Of a stretch of 35,235 nt of DNA, positions 27,051-32,303 are shown one piece after another. How positions within the stretch are numbered: position 1 is the stretch's first letter; every line of letters begins with the position of its first letter. This DNA is from Bacteroidia bacterium. GTDB taxonomy: Bacteria; Bacteroidota; Bacteroidia; B-17B0; Aurantibacillaceae. The notes beneath the pieces are model-generated. The model made no database searches. It was not told the DNA's origin and saw nothing but the letters and a program-made list of their open reading frames with translations. The stretch covers positions 1 to 35,235 of the forward strand of contig DASWXS010000034.1 of assembly GCA_036405375.1 (NCBI GenBank), written 5' to 3'. The position numbers and the translations under genes were made by a program.

Positions 27051-27719
27051 TTAAATTTTCTCAAAGCAACAATATTTGATCCTTTCTCCTTTTGCTGAGA
27101 ATAAATTCTCGTAATAGGTTTGGATCTCTGTAAGCTCTTTTTGTCCTGATGGGTTGTGCTGGTAAAGGTCGGGAGTAGACCAGATAAGTTTGTGCTTTTC
27201 TTCTGCAATTACTTCCAGCGTATATTCATAGAAACCGGTATTGTCGGTTTTTAAGTGAATCCGTCCTCCCGGTTTTAAAAATTTGAAGTAGCGGTTCAGA
27301 AACATAGGGTTGGTAAGGCGTTTACGTGTAGTAGGTTTATTGGGTTGAGGATCGGGGAAGGTGATCCAGATCTCATCCACTTCATTTTCTGCAAAACAAT
27401 GTTCTATAAAATCAATACGTATACGGATAAATGCTACGTTATTCATTTTTTTATCCAGGGCTTCCTTCGCTCCCATCCAGATCCGGTTTCCTTTAATATC
27501 AACACCAATATGGTTTTTCTCAGGGTGGTTTTTTGCCAGGCCAACTGTGTATTCTCCTCTTCCGCAGCCTAACTCCAATACAATAGGGTTGTTGTTTTTA
27601 AATTGTTCTGCTCTCCATTTTCCTTTTAAAGGATGGCCTTCGTTTATTTTTTCGAACGGCAGATAGGTGCAATTTGGAAAAGAATTGAATGCTTCGAATT
27701 TTTCTATTTTAGTTGGCAC
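27051..27719 (-). CDS. trmB: tRNA (guanine46-N7)-methyltransferase, 222 aa, GTG start as in the ORF track
   Basis: SAM motif VLELGCGRGEYTVGLA, the TrmB block IWITFPDPQPNKPTTRKRL, and GGRIHLKTDN. Confidence 0.9.
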   Translation of the reverse strand: MPTKIEKFEAFNSFPNCTYLPFEKINEGHPLKGKWRAEQFKNNNPIVLELGCGRGEYTVGLAKNHPEKNHIGVDIKGNRIWMGAKEALDKKMNNVAFIRIRIDFIEHCFAENEVDEIWITFPDPQPNKPTTRKRLTNPMFLNRYFKFLKPGGRIHLKTDNTGFYEYTLEVIAEEKHKLIWSTPDLYQHNPSGQKELTEIQTYYENLFSAKGERIKYCCFEKI

Positions 27720-27740
27720 GCGGTCTTGATTTTAAAGGCG

Positions 27741-27748
27741 CAAAAATA
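27741..27748 (-). promoter_or_regulatory. -7 box TATTTTTG (minus strand) for trmB and probably the downstream cassette
   Basis: The plus strand reads CAAAAATA, an exact TAnnTTTG match on the minus strand 21 nt upstream of the GTG at 27719. Confidence 0.45.
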
Positions 27749-27979
27749 CATAAAAGTGTTGATTTATTGACTTTATCACTAAGGACTGGAACACCAACAC
27801 AAATGCTGCAGATTGCACTGATGGATATATTTATATTTTACGCTTGCATTCCCGGATATATTACACAGCTATATCACTATAAAATCAGTGTGATTTGTTT
27901 AAAATCTTGTCTTTGTAATCTGTGACATCTGTGTAAACTAATAGCTATAATCCGTAGCATTCTGCAGTATTTTAATTTT

Positions 27980-27987
27980 TACCTTTG
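27980..27987 (+). promoter_or_regulatory. -7 box TACCTTTG for radA
   Basis: Exact TAnnTTTG match. It is the same octamer as upstream of aspS, and only 4 nt separate its G from the radA ATG (27992). Confidence 0.5.
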
Positions 27988-27991
27988 CCTT

Positions 27992-29374
27992 ATGTCGAAA
28001 ACCAAAACAACTTTTTTTTGCCAGAACTGCGGCACCCAATCAGCCAAATGGGTTGGTAAATGTCCGAGTTGTAATGAGTGGAATACGTTTGTTGAAGAGG
28101 TGGTGCATAAAGACACAAAAAACAACCGCCTGCAGGTTTTCTCCGGGAACAAAAACACCAAAGGCGAAAGCAATAAACCTGTTCTGCTCCAGGAAATAGG
28201 AACAGCAGAATATCCGCGCATAGCCGTTCCGGGTAAAGAACTTACCCGTGTTTTGGGTGGGGGAATTGTTCCGGGAAGTATAGTACTGTTCGGTGGCGAG
28301 CCAGGCATTGGTAAATCAACACTTATGCTGCAGCTTGCACTGCGTTTAAAGAACCTGAAAGTGCTTTATGTAAGCGGAGAGGAAAGCGAACAGCAAATCA
28401 AAATGCGGGCAGAGCGTATTGGCGTTACCACCGACAATTGCTTTATATTACAGGAAACAAACACACAAAATATTTTTCAGCAGATCAATGAAATTCAACC
28501 TCAGCTGGTTGTTATTGATTCCATACAAACCATACATACGAGCTACGTGGAAAGCAGCCCGGGAAGTGTGAGCCAGGTGCGTGAGTGTGCTGCCGAGTTT
28601 TTGCGGTTTGCCAAAGAAACCAACACTCCTGTTTTTATGATCGGCCATATCACCAAGGAAGGAAGCCTGGCCGGGCCAAAAGTATTAGAACACATGGTAG
28701 ATACCGTATTGCAATTCGAAGGCGACAGGAACCATGTATATCGTTTATTGCGCACAACCAAAAATCGTTTCGGAAGCACCAACGAATTGGGTATTTACGA
28801 AATGCATGGTGAAGGTTTAAAAGAGGTGAACAATCCCTCCGAGATCCTAATCACCAACAGGGATAACCCAACAAGTGGTGTAGCTATTGCAGCCAGCCTG
28901 GAAGGGAACCGGCCTTTGCTGATAGAAACCCAGGCACTGGTGAGCAGCGCAGCTTATGGCACACCTCAGCGCTCTTCAACCGGTTTCGATCTGCGCAGGC
29001 TTTCCATGTTATTAGCCGTTTTGGAAAAAAGATGTGGCTTCAGGCTCGGGATAAAAGATGTATTTCTGAATATTGCGGGAGGAATAAAAATAGAAGATCC
29101 CGGTGTTGATCTCGCCCTGGTTTGTGCTATTCTTTCTTCCAACGAAGACCTCGCTATTCCCCAGAATTACTGCTTTGCGGGCGAAGTTGGCTTAACCGGC
29201 GAAATCCGCCCGGTAAACCGTATCGAACAACGTATTTCGGAAGCTGACAAACTGGGCTTTTCCAAAATCTTTATATCCGGTTACAATTTAAAAGGAGTAG
29301 AACGCATGAAAACCAAAATAGAAATTGTAAGCGTTAGTAAAATGGAAGAAGTATTCAGTGCCATTTTTGGCTAA
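27992..29374 (+). CDS. radA: DNA repair protein RadA/Sms, 460 aa
   Basis: N-terminal zinc ribbon CQNCGTQSAKWVGKCPSCNEWNTF, Walker A GGEPGIGKSTL, the RadA-specific KNRFG motif, and a Lon-protease-like C-terminal domain (GEVGLTGEIRPV). Confidence 0.95.
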   Translation: MSKTKTTFFCQNCGTQSAKWVGKCPSCNEWNTFVEEVVHKDTKNNRLQVFSGNKNTKGESNKPVLLQEIGTAEYPRIAVPGKELTRVLGGGIVPGSIVLFGGEPGIGKSTLMLQLALRLKNLKVLYVSGEESEQQIKMRAERIGVTTDNCFILQETNTQNIFQQINEIQPQLVVIDSIQTIHTSYVESSPGSVSQVRECAAEFLRFAKETNTPVFMIGHITKEGSLAGPKVLEHMVDTVLQFEGDRNHVYRLLRTTKNRFGSTNELGIYEMHGEGLKEVNNPSEILITNRDNPTSGVAIAASLEGNRPLLIETQALVSSAAYGTPQRSSTGFDLRRLSMLLAVLEKRCGFRLGIKDVFLNIAGGIKIEDPGVDLALVCAILSSNEDLAIPQNYCFAGEVGLTGEIRPVNRIEQRISEADKLGFSKIFISGYNLKGVERMKTKIEIVSVSKMEEVFSAIFG

Positions 29375-29432
29375 GGTATAATCAACCCGGATTTATCTCC
29401 AATTCAGAATTTTTTTTATTCCACTGCTTTTC

Positions 29433-29440
29433 TATTTTTG
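29433..29440 (+). promoter_or_regulatory. -7 box TATTTTTG for the 128-aa ORF
   Basis: Exact TAnnTTTG match 26 nt upstream of the GTG at 29467. Confidence 0.4.
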
Positions 29441-29466
29441 TCTATAAACTTATTGTAAATCCCAAG

Positions 29467-29853
29467 GTGGCTTCAATACTTAAGCAAAGACATTTCCCCC
29501 ACTCTACTGTTTCGTTAAGAGAAGACGGAATCGTTCATGTAGAGTTTACCGACTTTGCAAAAATAGGCACTAACGAATGTCGCGAGGTAAATAATACCAT
29601 TGGTGAGTTCGGCAATGAACAAAAAACGCTGGTGCTAATGGAAACCGCAACCAATACACAGTTTGATAAAGAAGCCAGGGAGTTCTCTGCAAGCCCTGAA
29701 GGAATGCGTTATACAAAGGCCGATGCTTTTGTTGTTCATTCAACAGCACAAAGTATGCTTGTAAATTTTTATCTTAAAATCAATAAGCCGCCTCAACCTT
29801 CACGCTCTTTCCATAAACGCGAAGACGCCATAAAATGGCTGTTATCCATCTAG
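29467..29853 (+). CDS. Small hypothetical protein, possibly STAS/SpoIIAA-like fold, 128 aa, GTG start
   Basis: An isolated ORF with its own TATTTTTG -7 box 27 nt upstream. The pattern ...LVLMETATNTQFDKEAREFSASPEG...AFVVHSTAQSMLVNFYLKINKP...FHKREDAIKWL resembles STAS/SEC14-like small proteins of Bacteroidota. This is weak. Confidence 0.45.
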   Translation: MASILKQRHFPHSTVSLREDGIVHVEFTDFAKIGTNECREVNNTIGEFGNEQKTLVLMETATNTQFDKEAREFSASPEGMRYTKADAFVVHSTAQSMLVNFYLKINKPPQPSRSFHKREDAIKWLLSI

Positions 29854-30006
29854 TTAATTACTCCACACTCTAATAAATACAAGTGTTTTAAAGGCACTGT
29901 TCTTTTCAGTTAACGCGTTATTAACATTAGTATGTAAAAAAGTTAGTATATTCACGGGTAGCATTATCCTGAATAGTTAGGATTTTAGCATAACCAAACT
30001 AGGCTC

Positions 30007-32172
30007 ATGTTGAAACGAATCGTCATACTTTTAATTGTGTTGTTTACTACAACGCTAATTAAAGCGCAGCCTAAAACCGAAAACATTACCCGCCTCAATG
30101 AAGATGCCGAGCTGCATATGGAAGATGAGGACTGGGACCTGGCCTATGCATGTTACGACAAGTTAACCAAATTGGATCCGGCTAATCCCTTTTACAAGTT
30201 TCAGAAAGGGCGTTGCGGGTTACATCTTCCTGAAAAAAAGGCCGAAACCATAGCACTGTTTGAAGAGGTTAAACAAAGCAGCCCGGAAGATGTTGTTGTT
30301 CTTTACTTTTTAGGCAGGGCTTATCACTCCAATTACAAATTTGATGAGGCCATAAAATACTTTGATGAATTTCTTGCCACAAACCCAAAAGATGAAGAAT
30401 TTAAAGATGAAGCAGCCCACTACAGGGATAATTCTATTTTTGGTAAGAACCTTACCAAAACCATGGTAGAGGCAGATATTAAAAACCTGGGAGCGCCGGT
30501 AAATACTTCAGAAAACGAATATGTTCCTGTGATTTCAACAGATGAGTCGATATTGATTTATACATACAGGGGAGTAAAAAGTACAGGCGGTTTGCAAAAC
30601 GAAAAATTTAAACCGTCTGTAGATGGTGTGTATTACGAAGATATTTTAATGTCGCGGAAAGTGGATAGTGCGTGGGGCGAACCTGAAGGAATCAGTGATG
30701 TCATCAATACCAATCACAACGACGCATCCATTGCCCTTTCGCCTGATGGACAGGAGCTGTATACCTTTTATAGTGACAAGAAAAACGGGGGCGATATTTA
30801 TATCTGTCATTTATTAGGTGATACCTGGAGCAAACCTGAGCCATTGAATTCTAACATAAACACTCCTTATTGGGAAGGTAGTTGTTCCATTACTGCTGAT
30901 GGAAAATTCCTTTATTTTGCAAGTGAGCGGCCGGGCGGTTTCGGAAAAAAGGACCTTTATGTTTCTCAAAAACAAGCCGATGGTTCCTGGGGACCGGCAG
31001 AAAATTTAGGCCCTGCCATTAATACAAAATACAATGATGATGATCCCTTCATTCATCCTGATGGGATAACTCTGTTTTTCAGTTCACAGGGCCACAAAAG
31101 TATTGGAGGCTTCGACATCATGTATTCGATTAAAAAAGATGGAAAGTGGATAGAGCCCACCAATATGGGATACCCTCTGAATACTACCGATGACGATCGT
31201 TATTATGTGATCACAGCCAAAGGAGATCGCGGTTATTTCTCTTCGAACCGAAATAGTGTTGGTGGAACCGGGAACCAGGATATTTATACCGTAACGCCGG
31301 GTATTATTGGTGAAAGACCGATTCTTGCCATGGTAATTGGTACGGTGTTCGGAAACGATGTTCCTATAGAGGCAAAACTGGAAGTGATCAAGAAAAGTAC
31401 CGGTGAAGTGATAGGGCCGTTCAGCTCCAACAAAAAAACAGGCAGGTACCTTGTAGCACTGAGCCCCGGCGAAAACTATACTTTCAAAGTTAAAGCCGAA
31501 AGTTATCCTGATTACCAGGAAGATCTTGATATTGCAACGTTAACCAAGTTCATCGAAATCCACAAAGATTTTCACCTCGCTAAGGATGGATACATAGATC
31601 CTCATACGGATACTATAAAGAAAATGAACGATCTTGCACATATCCTGGACACGATTACAAGTTATACTAATATTGAAGAGCTGATTAATAAACTTCCAAA
31701 GGACTCCAGTGCTGTAGTAACCAATGGAGATCCTTGTGCGGCATTCAGAACACTCGATTTTACCGCTCTTAAAAACAAAAGTCTCAATGATCCAAAGTTT
31801 TATGCCATGTTAATGGCTATTGCAGATAAAATCACCTGTTCCAAGATAATTTTTAAAGTTCAGATAGCTGCGTATAGAAAACCGGAGAACTACAAATGGG
31901 ACCACTTAAAAGATTTTGGTGTACCTCTGCAGTTGGATTATCCCGACGGTATAACGCGTTTCACACAAGGAAGTTTTACAGACATTATGAGTGCTGAAGC
32001 ACAAAGAAGACAGGCCATTGCAAAGGGCCAGAAAGATGCATGGATCGTGGGTTTTATTGATGGTAAGCGCTATACATTAGAAGAGCTGATTATGGTGGAT
32101 TTTTTCAATAAAAACATAGCCCAGTTCAACGAAAATTTGCTTTTGATTGCAGAATATATGGTTTCAAACTAA
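30007..32172 (+). CDS. Secreted TPR + PD40 (TolB-like beta-propeller) + carboxypeptidase-regulatory-like + SPOR-like C-terminal domain protein, 721 aa
   Basis: Signal peptide MLKRIVILLIVLFTTTLIKAQ. TPR-like helices (LGRAYHSNYKFDEAIKYFDEFL). Five PD40-like repeats (e.g. ALSPDGQELYTFYSD, SITADGKFLYFASERPGGFGKKDLY, FIHPDGITLFFSS). A CarbopepD_reg-like segment (GRYLVALSPGENYTFKVKAESY). A C-terminal SPOR-like pattern FKVQIAAYRK...TRFTQGSFTDIMSAEAQRRQAIAKGQKDAWIVG. Confidence 0.75.
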   Translation: MLKRIVILLIVLFTTTLIKAQPKTENITRLNEDAELHMEDEDWDLAYACYDKLTKLDPANPFYKFQKGRCGLHLPEKKAETIALFEEVKQSSPEDVVVLYFLGRAYHSNYKFDEAIKYFDEFLATNPKDEEFKDEAAHYRDNSIFGKNLTKTMVEADIKNLGAPVNTSENEYVPVISTDESILIYTYRGVKSTGGLQNEKFKPSVDGVYYEDILMSRKVDSAWGEPEGISDVINTNHNDASIALSPDGQELYTFYSDKKNGGDIYICHLLGDTWSKPEPLNSNINTPYWEGSCSITADGKFLYFASERPGGFGKKDLYVSQKQADGSWGPAENLGPAINTKYNDDDPFIHPDGITLFFSSQGHKSIGGFDIMYSIKKDGKWIEPTNMGYPLNTTDDDRYYVITAKGDRGYFSSNRNSVGGTGNQDIYTVTPGIIGERPILAMVIGTVFGNDVPIEAKLEVIKKSTGEVIGPFSSNKKTGRYLVALSPGENYTFKVKAESYPDYQEDLDIATLTKFIEIHKDFHLAKDGYIDPHTDTIKKMNDLAHILDTITSYTNIEELINKLPKDSSAVVTNGDPCAAFRTLDFTALKNKSLNDPKFYAMLMAIADKITCSKIIFKVQIAAYRKPENYKWDHLKDFGVPLQLDYPDGITRFTQGSFTDIMSAEAQRRQAIAKGQKDAWIVGFIDGKRYTLEELIMVDFFNKNIAQFNENLLLIAEYMVSN

Positions 32173-32303
32173 GAGCAGCCTGCTGTTGATTTAACCCGGT
32201 TTTCTGTCAAATACCACCTATTTTTCGTCATTCACCACTAATTAGTAAACGTTCCTTGTTTGTTTATATTTATTCGTATCTTTATTAGGCAATTTTTCTG
32301 CCC

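Noticed and set aside
27713-27925. A 70-aa ORF in the trmB-radA intergenic region.
   Set aside because: It has a TTG start overlapping the trmB start on the other strand, a Cys/Ile/Leu-rich sequence with no motif, no -7 box positioned for it, and it runs through AT-rich spacer. It is probably not coding.
29882-29906. Possible weak terminator hairpins: AGTGT-tttaaag-GCACT plus gttctttt after the 128-aa ORF. Also a 4-bp stem at 32176-32186, AT-only stems after the AsmA-like gene (about 9700-9720), and the palindrome CAGGTAATACCTG at 16983-16995.
   Set aside because: The stems are only 4-5 bp, are AT-rich or include wobble pairs, and the T-tracts are interrupted. They cannot be distinguished from chance without energy calculation or 3'-end data.
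29911-29920. A perfect 10-bp palindrome TAACGCGTTA upstream of the TolB-like gene.
   Set aside because: It is a single short palindrome (containing an MluI-type ACGCGT core) with no second copy or adjacent regulator gene. It could be an operator, but there is no supporting evidence.
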